A stretch of DNA of 61,192 bases, the filler included, from Bipalium vagum (Eukaryota), in NCBI GenBank assembly GCA_037834085.1. It is 3 parts of 3 records of this genome, joined end to end, with 100 filler letters (N's around TTAATTAATTAA, not from the genome) between each part and the next. Parts side by side here need not be neighbours in the genome. Positions count along the whole stretch, not along the records: positions 1 to 25,592 come from JBBMKC010188738.1; 2 more parts are not named here. One strand, given 5' to 3'. Both the position numbers and the translations under genes were made by a program. Each line of letters begins with the position of its first letter. The stretch's first letter is position 1. Of this stretch, positions 12,643-25,592 are shown one piece after another. The notes beneath the pieces are model-generated. The model saw only the letters and a program-made list of their open reading frames with translations. It was not told the origin of the DNA and did not search any database.

Positions 12643-13320
12643 AAATATGCCAAACTCGCCAACCAATTTGCTGCTGCTAACCGTTCTGTCGTCGTTCTCG
12701 ATGTTAAATTGGGTCCCTGGTGTCATGTGACTTTGCCAACGATATCCCTTTGAAGAAATTAGGCCTTTCGAAGGATCAAAGCAGAGCCCTTGCCTATAAC
12801 TTTTTTACAACTGCAGTTACAGAGTCCTATCACATCTACTTGACTCATATTACCTCTCTCACTGTGACAGTTGTCCCTTCTAGCTAATGCTTGTATACAT
12901 TCATTATTATTTTATGTAATATATCTATATATATTATCCATCTGTGTTTATCATTGTACTCAATATATTATTTTATCTTATTTTCCACCTACCTGGTCGC
13001 TGACTCATAGAGCACGCTCTGTCTTTAAGCATCTCCCCTGTTGTGTGTATTCATTATTTATGTCTTGTATACTCTTTTTTATTATTTATGCGTTCTCAAT
13101 CCCCCAGAAGAGGATCCCCGAGTACCACCAACCGCAACCAGCAGCCAATTATGGATATTTGTTTCCAGCCGTATTTGTTACATTGCCTTGTCTTTTTTTC
13201 TTACCCCCGAGTTTATTCAATTTTTATATATATCCTCTTTATTTGAGGGGATTTTTTATACCCCCATGTTATGTTTAACCATCTACATGTTACTAAATTA
13301 ACATTAACAAATCAACTTCA
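12643..13320 (+). mobile_element. 5'-truncated non-LTR retrotransposon, restriction-like-endonuclease (NeSL/Utopia/R5-type) C-terminus plus 3' UTR
   Basis: With one frameshift reads KYAKLANQF...VVVLDVKLGP(L)VSCDFANDIPLKKLGLSKDQSRALAYNFFTTAVTESYHIYLTHITS, stop at 12885-12887. This fits the NeSL-clade pattern KY..L...VG.LGSWD..N...L..LG.....S..IY..H. The 3' boundary is approximate. Confidence 0.65.
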
Positions 13321-14558
13321 GTCTATACATCATTTAGCCTTGATAATTTATCCCTTTATATAGTTTTGGTCGATAAAGGCGCGTTGTATCGATTTTCGAT
13401 AAAATTATGATGCCGAATAAATATTTCACTAGAAAGTTTTATTCTGAATTTCAGTTGAAACGATAAAATGGTGGTTTAGGTGATAATTGATCGACCTGTG
13501 GTAATTTGGGAAAAGAATAAAGTGTGTTAATTGATGGAGAAATAGTGGAAAGATGATGAAATTAAAATTGATGAATTATACAAGGAGTAGTTCAAACTGA
13601 CCATTGATGATTAGCTCTGGTTTATATGACTGATAACTATGGTGGGTCTGGTGAGAGAAGTTTTCTTGAAAACAAGGAGGGGGTATTTGGTTGAAAATGA
13701 AATTAATTCAGAAGGAACTTATGATAATGTTCATAAAAATTAATTTTAAAAAATAATGATGATGAATTTGATGATTTTAACTCTATCCGATTTTTAATTT
13801 TAATTAATTGCAGTTAATTTGATTTTAAATCTTCTTATAGTGAATTGATTGTAGTAACGATATTGAAGTAATAATAATTTTATAATAATAGCAAAATAAT
13901 AATATTAATAATGGAAAAACGGTAACTTATCATTTTTATTATACATTATTATAATGTATAAGATTTTATAATATTATTAAGGCCATTACATTATAATTTA
14001 AATATTATTTTAAAATTAAAAATTCTCATTGCCTGATTACGCTTGTAATTCTCACGAATAAATATATAATTTACGAAAACTACTTAAGAAACAATTTTAT
14101 AAAAATAATAATTTAATATTTTATCAATTAATTATTTTAATTTTTTATCAATTAATTATTTTAATTTGATATGTTAAAATTAATAATAATTTTATTGGAG
14201 TTAAAATTAAGATAAATTAAGTAAAATATAACCTTATTTGATTTTTTCACATTCAATCGATTTAAACCTTTAGTAATTTTCACAATTCTGTTAAGATAAA
14301 AATTATTATTATTATTATTCTTACAGGATTAATGAATTAATATATGTATTTGAGGACAACAGTATTGAAATTCTTTGTTATTAAGAAAGATTATCATATA
14401 ATCTTTTTTGAAATTTCATTTTCGAGCTGTTTTCTTGTTAAGCATGAATGATTTCGTATTAAAATACGCATTTCTAAATTTTAATCTCTTAACAAATTTA
14501 TGCTTTAAATATTCATTTTAGAACGATAAGTATATAATTTTTTATTTTCTTTTTAAAT

Positions 14559-17500
14559 ATGATACCTTCCATATTAATTTTATTTATCATTTTGTTCGTA
14601 ACTGATTCGAGTAAGTTTATTTTTTATAATAATATATTTTTTACACATAAAATTAGTTCGAAATCAATTTCAATTCTATTTTACTGAATTATAGAAAAAA
14701 TAGAAAAATAAAGCCAAATATCCATATACTTCATGAGATATTTGATTGGTACCAAAATAAAATTCGATGCTGAGAAAAATATATTGTAACAATATAACAA
14801 GTATGGTAAAAAAATTTTTCGTGTTAGGAAATCAGATATATAGCATATTACCTGTCTCATTGGTACAGTAACTTTTGATTTCTTGGATTATCTTTGTCAT
14901 TATCCTCCTTAAACACTTCAGTGATCTTATAAGCAAGTGTATTGCCTTTTTGTTTGGCTTTTTCTCGGTGCGAAAGGATTCTAACACTGGCTTCTCTATC
15001 GTATTCAAAATTATATCTAAACATAAAATTAATTTTTCTGTAATTAATATTCTCGATAAATTGATTTAGTTAAGCAAATGAAGATTAGATTGATTCTTTC
15101 TAAGGAAAGATATGATAAATTATAAATAAAAGATGTAAATTTTAATATTAATTGCTTTTAAAATTTATTTTATTTAAATTATTAAGTATATTATTATTAT
15201 TATTATTATTATTATTTTAATTATTTTCACCAATAGCTGTTAATTATAGGTAGAATCAGTGAGTATGAAGGAAAAATAATAGACTATTTATTCAACCAGA
15301 AATCATATAATAATTTAATTCGCCCAGTCTCAAATATAAGTGATACTTTGATCGTTGATCTTGGTTTGGCATTGATTCAAATTATCAATGTGGTAAGGAT
15401 CTAAGTTACTGCTCACACTTTATTATTATCAATAAATAATAATTATTATTATTCCTTATTATTTTATTATTGTTATTAATTACTATTTTATTAATCATAT
15501 ACATGTACCTCCATCAACTAAATGAAGTTACATTGTTACTTGAGTATGTGACAGTTCAAATTGCATTTAGTATTTTGATTTTAATTTTGATTTACTTGGA
15601 TATTTGATGTCTTGTGTTCTTGATGAACTTTCTTTTGATGACAAACACCGAATTAAGTTCTAACACAAGAGGTTTTTTGTTTTTGACAAGTTCAATTGTA
15701 CTCTAAAATTTCCATCAAGAACACCAAGATGGTTTTTTTGGAAGCTTTACTACAGGTCTTGAGAATATGACGACCGGGTCAAGTCCACCAGTAAATTGTG
15801 ATTAGTAAATTTTTCATAATATTAGGTTGTTCAGAAATTTATTTAAGTTTTTTGATAATATACATTAAAATTGTAAATAGTTCAAATAACTTAAGTTCCG
15901 CAATGGTGATTTATCCCTTGAAGATGAGGAAGGTCCTTCCAAACTTGATGACAAGGACTTAAAGGCTCTAGAGGAAGAGGATACGCGAACAACAATAAGG
16001 AAACTTGCCAAAAGTCTATATTTCAGTACTGGAACCGTTTCCAGTAATATGAAGTAAATAGGTAAGACAAAGAAGCTCGACACGTTTGTATGACATGAGC
16101 TTATAAAAAAACAAAATGAAGCGCTATGAGATATACTCAGAACTCATTTTGAGGATGGAAAGCTAGCCATTTCTTCATCGTCTGATTACTTGTGATGTAA
16201 AAATAGTTGCTATATAACAATATTAAACTTTCAACACAGTGGTTAAAGTCATTCCCAAAACCGAGTCAAAACAAAAAAGGTTATGATTATGATATGGTTG
16301 TGTTCAAAAAGAGTTATTCATTGCGAATACCTGGAAAAGGGAGAAAAGGTTTAGCAAACTGAAAAATCTAAATTATGAAATTCTGCCACATCTACCTGGG
16401 CTAAAAAGGCAATTTGAACAGTTCATTGCCTCCAGGTCTACCGATATCTATCACATAGTAAAGGAAAATCTGCCAATTCGTTGGCAAAAGAATGTAAACG
16501 CTAATGGTTTGTATTTTTATCAATAAGTCTTTTGTTTTGACTGAATAATACTGTTTTAAAATGAATGTGCAAAAACTTGCAAAACGTTCTGAACAACTTA
16601 AAAAGCTGATGAACAAATTTTTTTGGCCTCCATTAAAAATAGCTATATTTAAAAATATATTTGCTTTTTAATCAAATAAACTTATGTATATTAAAAATAT
16701 TAAGTATTCATTAAATTTTCAAGTTAAATATTTTAACACTTGTTTAAATATTCAACTATTTATTTTATACAAGTCACTGTTAGTTCAAAATAAATCGGAG
16801 ATACCTGGATTTGAACCCGGGACCTTCACATGCACATGGACTGCTCTGACCGCTGAACTACATCCCCGACTAATTTTCAATATATCTCACAACCACCATA
16901 TCGGATTTTAAGTAAATCTTTGATTTTATTAGAAGTAAATCTTTGATTTTATTAGAATTAAATATTTTATTTATCAGTATATTTATATTTTTCATAATAT
17001 ATTTTTTTAAAGTACTGATTTTCAAGTATATTTCAGAGTATTTTATTTTCAGGATGAAAAAAATCAAATCGTTGTCAGTAATGTTTGGATTAGATTAGTA
17101 AGACATTGTTTTTATATTTTTTTTAGATTTTAACAAAGAAAATAAAAAAATAGTGATTAGAGAATCAAGACTTACTTATGCTTTACTAGCCTGATTGGTG
17201 AAACTGAAGGAGAAAATTGATTTATCGTTGAGTATAATGGGATCACAGTGTAAGTTTAAATGGTAATATAGGTCACATAGACTGAAAAGACCCAAACTCT
17301 AAAATAGCAATATTTATATTATTACTTTCATTGTAATTCTATAATCACATAAACTATGCATCATTTAATATCGTGTAGGATGATTAAAAATCCATACATT
17401 ACTATGAACTGAATCATATAGTTACGGTCACATTATCGTCATCTATTAAAGTCTGTCATAAAACAAGGTTTCAGAAAAAAGTTATGTTTTGTATTTGAAA

Positions 17501-20500
17501 GGAAAATAAGACGTCATTTATAATGGAAATAGTAATCAGTTATCGTTGACCTACCAACTAAAGTCTTGTTTAATAAGAATATTAGGAGTGGTTCGAACAA
17601 TTAGTTTTGATGGATTTTTTTAAATAAGTACCTCACACCAAAATTAACGTTTATCAAATATTTATAATTTAAATTTTAAAAATATTAACATTTTTATGTT
17701 ACAATTTTAATGGTTAAAATTGTACTGTGAAATATGCCATTATAAATGTTGATTTTTGTAAAGTAAATAATTTAATTTTAAAAAATGTGAGGTTCATTTT
17801 TGAAAAGTTTGTTTGAATAATCGGATTTACCGAAACATGTTATTATTGCTTTGGTATTATCTTTTTACTAATAAAAATAACTACTCAAGAATAAAACTAT
17901 TACCGTATCACCAATATAATGGAGTGAAAAGCATTAAGCAAAGAATTGATATTGTATATTATGTTTTAAATATTGAATGAGACAAAAAATTATAAAAAAT
18001 CTTGTTTAAGAAACCTTATTCTATTATTTTCTCTTATAAATGCGGAATCTGTTATCTGAAATCTGGTTTCAATCGGTGAATATTATCATAAAATGGCACA
18101 ATGATTATCGCATTATAATATACTTTTTTTTGAGTTTAAATTATTCAGCTGTTCGCAAGATGAATATAATTATCAGCGATGGATAACATAATTAACATTG
18201 TCCTTATAATAATATCAACGAACTAAGTTTTTTCGTTTTTAATTAAAAACTAAGTCTGAAGTTAAATATAATTTATTAATTATAAAACATTATTAAACAA
18301 TTATTCATCCAGATATTCCCCATATTTTTCTATCACTACCTCCCATCTATTTAGAAGTTTATTTATTGATCCCAGTATTAAAGAAATCTCTTTCTTTTGA
18401 ATGAAAGAAAGTACTTCATTGTTTATACCTTCGGAACTCTTAAAATTTTTACCCATTAAGTGATTCTGTAATATCCAGAACAAAAAATCTGAATGGGCGA
18501 TATCAGGACTATATGGCGGATGTTCCATTAGAGTCCAGTTCAATTCCTGAATAACCTTCAATGTCTTGGCTTGGCATTATCTTGATGGAAAATCACTTGT
18601 TTTCGGTTTATCAAACTGCTCCGGTTTTCCTTGATGATGCCATGAACTCTTCTTAGCATGTCACAATAGACATCAGAATTAATGGTTTCTCCAGATTTGA
18701 GAAACTCCTAATAAATAATTTCACGAGAATCCCACCAAATGCATAAAAGAAACTTGTTTCGTGTAAGGTTGCGTTTTTCATTTTTTATGGAGACTTTCCT
18801 TTCAACGATCTTTGTCTGGTTATGTTATCATGATTCATCGCAAGTGACTATCCGATTGAGTAAAGGATCATTTCGGTTTCTTTCGAGAAGTCTTGAACAA
18901 ATTTCAATGCAATCCAACTTGTTTTTTTCAGATAGTTGGTGGGGAATCCATTTATCGAGTTTACAAGTGAATCATAACGCTTTCAGTCGGGTTTTTATGG
19001 TTGTATCGCCTATATTTAACTCAGAAGCGATTGGTTTAGCAATAATTGATCTGTTTTGTTCAAGAAGGTCTATAATTTGATAATCATCCAACTCTTTTGG
19101 CCTTCCAGACCTCTCTTTGTTTTTCAATGCAAAATCGCCACTATTAAATTTTTTGAACCAATTTTGCACTGTTCGCAGTTGCATTGTTCATTCACTAAGC
19201 ACCTCGTTAAGTTTTGAGACAGTTTCATTTGTGCTTGTGTTATTTTTCCATTCGTAATAAATAATTGCTCGAATTTGTGATTAGTCCAGCGAACGTTTGG
19301 AGCACCTTTTCCAGAGGATAATGGTTAATAACATTAACTATTCAGTAAATTTGAAACTCACATGTTTAAGCAGCAAACTGAAACAAAGAAAATTAAGATG
19401 GGTAGATAAACGAGAATCCCAGAGGCTAACAAATTTAAACAACTGATAAAACGAAAGAACTTAGTTTGTTAGCTGATATTAAAATAAATAATGTATTTAA
19501 CTGGAAAAAATAAATGAATTAATAATAATAATAATTATTATTTATTTTTATTAATCATATATCTCCATCAAGTGACTGATGTTACATTGTTATAAAGGAT
19601 ATTTCAGAGTTTACATACAATCCTCTTTTTCCAAATTTAATTTAATCCACCATTAAAGACCTAATCAAATCGATTAAAATTAAAATTAAAAATTTTCCCA
19701 TAAATTTCGTTTAAAGAATAATTTTAACAATCAATATCCAATTTTTTCTAGAATATTCAAATCTTAGATCGATAGTTACTTGTGGATGTATTGTGAAAGA
19801 TTAGATATTTTGAAAAAGAGGATTAAATATTTCGGAAAACCATGTGATAGAAAAAGAATATTTTTCCACAAATAATTTTTTGTATTTTCCAACTTTTTTT
19901 AATGATACATCTTAATACATACCAAGTAAGAGTAAGAAAATTAAAAAGTCTTCTTTTAGGAATGGGAAGATTTTCAGTTGAAATGGGATCCGAAAAATTA
20001 TGGAAATTTAACCATTATAAGAGTTTCCGCAGACACGGTGTGGAGACCCGACATTGTTTTATTTAATAGGTAAATTAGTTTTTCATTAATTTAACATAAT
20101 TCTGTTGGATTAAAATTTCGTGCTAAAATTTTAAAAATTCGTTTATTATTACACATTTAATTATGGATTACCTTAAATTTTTTATATAAAAATGAATAGT
20201 TTAAAAAATTTCCAAAATAATTTTTAAAATAAAAGAAAATTTAAGAATTACAATTTTTAGATGATAATTCTAGATTACCTAAATATAAATATTTGCACCA
20301 TTTTAACCAATATGTTTAAAAATAATTATTTTGTGAACTTGTAGTATCAACAAATAATCTTATCACTTTCAAAAATGTACAAATTGTCAACCAATCAAAT
20401 ATTTAAACAAACAAATATACTTTAAGTGATACAAAAAGAGTAAAGCCAAGTATTAGGTCATTAAGTGAGAAATGTCGGATTTACAAAATCCAAAGTTTCA

Positions 20501-22750
20501 CATTTGCTAATTTAAATAATTTAACTTGAAAGTTATTTTTCTTTGTTTTACTACATAAATAAATGATTACTTTTTATAGTGTATATTTAAATATCTGATT
20601 ATATTATTAATTGGCATTATTAGATCAACTTTTCTAAAAAATGAATATTTCAAAAATTCTTGTCATATTTTAATATACCAGTCTTGGAACTAATGCCAGA
20701 AAAATATATTACATCAGAAACATACTGTACCTAATTAAAGGATATGATTTAGTTGCTTGCTATTAATCAGCTGAGATTGGTCATCAAGACAAACAAATTC
20801 TTTTGCAAAATAACACTCGACCACATGTTGCCAAAGCAAAGCTGTTGGAACTGGAAACTGTCTGCCACCTACCGTATTCACCAGACCTTGTGTCAACGGA
20901 CTATTATTTCTTCTGAGTTTTGGGTAATTTTTTAGTTAGAAAATATTCAATAGATCAGCGACTGCGAAAAACGCTTTTTGTGATTTCATGGCAACTCTAT
21001 TACCAGACTTCGTCGCTGCTAAAACAAATAAGTTACCATTAAGATAGTAGAACTGTGTTGATAGATTTGGTGATTATTTTGAATAAATATATTCTTTTTT
21101 GCCTTTTATATTGCAAATCAAAATTTTGATTAAAAATTCAACATTTCACACTCTAATGAACTATTAGTGTTCAGAAAAAATATTTATTTATATTTTTTAT
21201 ATATCATTTATCGTATAAATAAAACAAATTTAAATATATTTTATTCATCAATAGACATTCCTTCATACTCTATGGTCTTTATCCATCGTTTTGCTAACAA
21301 TTATATGCTTTTCCGAAACCAAATAGGTTATTTAGAAACAAAGAACTCTTGGCAACCACTTCTAACTTCGTCATCCTTTGCAAAGCGCCTACCGCGTAAG
21401 AAGTGAGTTATTGATCTGAATAGGTAATATTCGGATGGAGCAAGATCCGGGCTGTATGCTGGATGAGGAAGAAGTTCAAACTTCAACTCTTTTATTTTAT
21501 CGCGCGTCCGTTTTGCTTTATGCGGTTTTGCGTTATCCTGACCCGCTACTCGTTTGTGATTAACGATTTCCTTGTGGCGTACTTCTAAAAAATCATAAAG
21601 TCGTTGAAGCTGTGTCAAATACATTTCAGCGTTTATAATCTGTCCACCAGGAATCATTTCAAATTTGATTATGCTATCAATATTCCACCAGCAATAAAGC
21701 AATGCCTTTTTTTCATACCGTTCTCTTCAGTCTAGTGAAAATTCGTCTAAAAAACAAAGATCATGTGGATTTTTCATCAATTTTTTAAAAATTGAAACTC
21801 TTGTTTTTGCCATTTCTGAAGTCAGTTCATGAGGAACTTCCCGACAGGGTCTACTGACTTTTTCTAACTGATGAAAATGACTATAAACGCTGGATTTGGA
21901 AATACCAAGTTCGGATGCTATGTTCCGACACGATTTCAAAGAGTCAGTATTCACTGAGGCAGATATTGCAGCATGGTCTACACTAACATGTCGCCCGGAA
22001 CCTTCCTTTCTTTTTAGGCTGATATCTGCACTGAAAACCTTTTGAGTCATTTTTGTGCCATACGGATATTAAGAATACCTTCACCCTCACAAATTATTTT
22101 GACCACATCAGTGGCTTTAAACTTCTATTTCCAATAATATCTTAAAAGTATTAATATTTCCTGTTTTGAGTCATACATTCTAAAAGCAAAATAACCGATA
22201 AAATTTAGATCTAGAAATTTATAACTATAATCATAAAATTCTACAGAATATTATGCTTAAAATTGTATACAAATATATCAATTTATCATTATTCATTCAT
22301 TTAGAATAAACAAACAATATATATATATATATATATATTAAAAATGATTTTTTTTTCAGGGCACCCTAATAATATAATATCGACCATTTTGATATTTATC
22401 ACATTTATTCTGTTAAATCACAATACGTATATATTAATTATTAAATATTAAAATAAATCAGAATGGCCGAGTTCAATTTTATGATTAAAAGATTGATACT
22501 TTATGTGCAAATATTAAAAATTCTCATACAAACAAAATTCAGAATTATTTTGAAGGACTATTTATTTAGTGCTGATGGCAATTATGAAGTATCTTGGAAA
22601 CCAAATGTACTTATTCACAATAATGGAAGAATTCTTTGGATACCACCTGCAATCCTAAAGAGCTCTTGCACAATTGATGTAACTTACTTTCCATTTGATG
22701 AGCAAATATGTAAATTGAGATTCGGCAGTTGGAACTTTGATGCCACTCAG
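14559..22750 (+). CDS. Nicotinic acetylcholine receptor subunit (Cys-loop, resembles the insect beta1-type), 5' partial: signal peptide and most of the ligand-binding domain
   Basis: Exons 14559-14610 (MIPSILILFIILFVTDS, signal peptide), 15250-15392 (YNNLIRPVSN...LGLALIQIINV), 17053-17097 (45 nt, DEKNQIVVSNVWIRL), 19960-20069 (110 nt, WEDFQLKWDP..YG...VWRPDIVLFN), 22570-22750 (ADGNYEV...CTIDVTYFPFDEQIC..FGSW). All GT-AG and phases agree. No downstream exons found before the gap. Confidence 0.93.
15820..16602 (+). mobile_element. Decayed mariner element in an nAChR intron
   Basis: Imperfect TIRs TATTAGGTTGTTCAGAA...TTCTGAACAACTTAA. Transposase remnants (KFRNGDLSLEDEE, ITCD). Confidence 0.7.
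16796..16867 (-). tRNA. tRNA-Ala(TGC)-like pseudogene or tRNA-derived SINE head
   Basis: GGGGATGTAGTTCAGCGGTCAGAGC...TGC...GGTCCCGGGTTCAAATCCAGGTATCTCC. Acceptor stem with G3:U70 and A/B boxes present, but the anticodon stem does not pair and the T-stem has a mismatch. Confidence 0.7.
18213..19478 (-). mobile_element. Near full-length decayed mariner (~1.27 kb)
   Basis: TIRs ...AACTAAGTTYTTTCGTTTT at both ends. HTH (TVQNWFKKF..GDF.L..KERSGRP), WIPHQL, HQDNA and HPPYSPDIA motifs with stops. Confidence 0.9.
20451..21166 (+). mobile_element. Internally deleted mariner
   Basis: TIR TATTAGGTCATTAAGTGAGAAATGT versus reverse complement TAATAGTTCATTAGAGTGTGAAATGT. Contains HLPYSPDLVSTDYYFF. Confidence 0.75.
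21163..22371 (-). mobile_element. Near full-length decayed mariner
   Basis: ORFs 21727-22050 and 21328-21702 give GSGR, VPHELT, QDNAKPH and HPAYSPDLAPSEY. Terminus CAGGGCACCCTAATA at ~22371. Confidence 0.88.
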
Positions 22751-23899
22751 GTAAGTTCATTTATAAAGAAGGTTTGGTTGGTAGTATATGTCGTATAAAT
22801 TAAGTATATTTTCATCGTAACTAAACATTTTTTCATTACTTATAGACTATATAAAAAACGCTTCAATTAAATAATAATTTTCACACATTCGTGTTAAATA
22901 TGTGGCGAAAAGTTTGTGAGATATTGCATGCTTTACGAGTTCTAAAACGCAACAACACAATTTTGTGTCTATAAACCAGCTACAGTGATCAAAAACGTGC
23001 GTGTAATTGTTAAAATATAGGCACTAAGGTATTTAAAGCATAATAATGAAAAATTCAACGAGATTAAATTTTTATTCCAAGAAAAAATCTGAAGAAGTTT
23101 ATTAAAATTAATTATAAAATAAAAATATTCCTACAAAATCGTATGGGTCAAAGGAACCAAAACCCAAAATAGATTGAACGTCGACAATAATTTTAATTAT
23201 CTTTAGTGGTTTTTCTTATAAAGAAATAAAATATTTTATTTATTTATTCTTGATTATTATGTCTTCAAGTTTTTATTTTCCAACTTCTTATAATTTTTTT
23301 ATAATAATAACAACGTTAAAAATATATTATTTATAATTAATTAGAATTCTATAATTGGTTAATAAATAATAAATTAGATTACAATATCATCAATAAATAG
23401 CAGTAGTGTAATAATGTTTAAAAAAACTTTTATTTCTCAAACTTCAAATCTAACATATTTAGAATTTCGGTAGAATGATAATTCATAATCCAAATAAAAA
23501 AAAATTACAAAAAAAAATTCATAAATATAAATATATATATATATTACCCAAGCAATTTTTTTCATAAACAATTAAAGTGAATTTTTATGATATTCATTTA
23601 AGATTTTGAAGTCATTTCTAAGACTAATAAAATATAGAAATAATACATCCAAATAAAAGAAATTAAAGATCAAAGGCTTGTGAGCTGTTTTCTGATTATT
23701 TAAAAATTAAAAAACAAAATTGGCTATGGTATGATATCTCCCTTTTTTATTGGTACTCCACAATAGGATAATTAAATTTAAGCCTTAAATTAAAAAAGTA
23801 TTAAATTCTTAAAATTCTAAATTATGGTTAGGGTTAGCATTAAAAATTCCTTAAAATTATTATTATTGTTTAACGATCTTAGTTTACTTATAGCTTAAT

Positions 23900-24560
23900 C
23901 TTGTGAATAAAATCAATTTAATTTTCAAATAAACGAGTTTTATCAAATTAACACAAAATCTATTCAAATATTTATCAAATATATTCTTCATTATTATCAA
24001 AATTTCCCATAATTATACTTAATTCGTCTACTTTAACCCTGTCTTCTTTTCCCGCAATTTAATGATTGATCCAATACTTTGTTTGTTCTGATTGGTTGTG
24101 AATGCTCGCTAACACGTGTTCTGAGATGACGCTGTCTCTCCTATGTATAAATTATTTCATCCATGATTTTTGATGTTAATGATATTACTTTTAAATTCTC
24201 ATGTTATACAGCCTTTTCTGATGTTTTTTTGAAAGCTTTAAATCCTTCTGAAAATTTTAATTTTACGACCTTTTATAAACTTTTTTTGTTTTCGTTTAGA
24301 TTTTAATGATCTTTTTCAATGTTTTTTCATTTAATTAATTTCGTAAGAGTATCATTAATTTTTTCTATTTTATTGCCTGCATACTCTTTTCTTATTAATC
24401 CTTCTTTAATTATGTCCAACTCCCTATCCATCTGCTTATAATCGGATGTTAATGACCATAATCTATGAACTGATCTTTTGATCAAGGTTTTAAAAAATAT
24501 TTTTCTCACAGAAATTACTATTTGATGTATATAATCTAGTATCTGTTCCTTTCTATATTT
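23900..24560 (-). mobile_element. Penelope-like element remnant (RT C-terminal region and GIY-YIG endonuclease)
   Basis: Minus strand gives YIGET..HLRTRVSEH (~24102-24150, frameshifted). ORF 24327-24509 (LWSLTSDYKQMDRELDIIKEGL..EY) is typical of the PLE RT C-terminus. Boundaries approximate. Confidence 0.75.
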
Positions 24561-25205
24561 ACAGCTTGATATTTTATGTTATAAAATAAAAATATCATAT
24601 TATTCATTTAAGTATTTAATTCTTGATCTTAAAAAAATATCATTACTAATATTTATTTGGTATGATAATTAAAAATCTTTTTAAATTCAGAAAATTTAAG
24701 AATTAATATAAATAATGAAAGTACGAAAAGTATTAACACACAAGAAAAATATCTTGATTTTTGTGTAGAGATATTCAGCTACCAATGACAGATAATACAA
24801 TTTTAAATAAATAAACAACAGGAAAATATCCGAGTAAATCATATTAAAGGGGAATTGATTAAAAAATTGATCAAATAATATCTTTAAAAATTTATGAAAA
24901 ATTAAAAAATTTATTTTCTTATTTTCATATTTACTAAATATTAATAAATAAATAAATATTAAATAATAAATACTAAGCAGTTTTGCTGTCCAAGATGGTC
25001 TTTTTTTATCTTTTTTGTTATTCCTGGTTCAATCAACTATTCTTTACACTATTAGGCAAAAAATAGTCCTACCTGAAGAACTCTCTCGAATTCTTCATAT
25101 CCTTTGGAAGTATAAAATTAAAAAGTAGTTTGCAAATCAATTTTTAAAGATTGTTATTGTATTGATAAAATTTTTTAAAAGAAATAATGAGACAATTTTT
25201 AAAAT

Positions 25206-25329
25206 TGTTGGGTTAGCCAAGGACACATCCCTGCCAACCCTTGTAAAAGTAGAAGTATGGTAGAGACCGCAATAGGGTTTAGATTGATTATTATCAAATA
25301 TTTATTAAGAACACAAGAGGATCAGAAAC

Positions 25330-25362
<33 letters not shown>

Positions 25363-25592
25363 TATTATTATTATTATTTAAGTAATTACAAAGTACAAAA
25401 ATGGGTAATTAATTATTTCCAAAAAGGATTTAATCTTGACAATGGCGAACCTGAACTGCCAAGATTAGATCAGGGTTCGCAAGGAGGGACTGATTTAGAA
25501 TTATCAAGCTAAAATGGGAATTGACATTCCCCATTGATAAAGCTGGTCTACGATTGATTGATCGTCTGATCAGAATAGTATATAAAGAGTTG
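25206..25592 (+). mobile_element. Partial LTR related to the solo LTR at 1465, truncated by the assembly gap
   Basis: Starts TGTTGGGTTAGCCAAGGACACATCCC versus TGTTGGGTTTACCCAAGACACCCCCC at 1465. Both carry an (AAT)n tract shortly after. TATATAAAG lies just before the gap. Confidence 0.6.

Noticed and set aside
17172-17215. Antisense 28-nt micro-exon candidate with good splice sites
   Set aside because: No partner exons or recognisable product; such sites occur by chance in AT-rich DNA.
25330-25380. (AAT)n flipping to (ATT)n, first read as two LINE tails meeting
   Set aside because: Better explained as an internal microsatellite of the LTR starting at 25206, since its relative at 1465 has the same tract.
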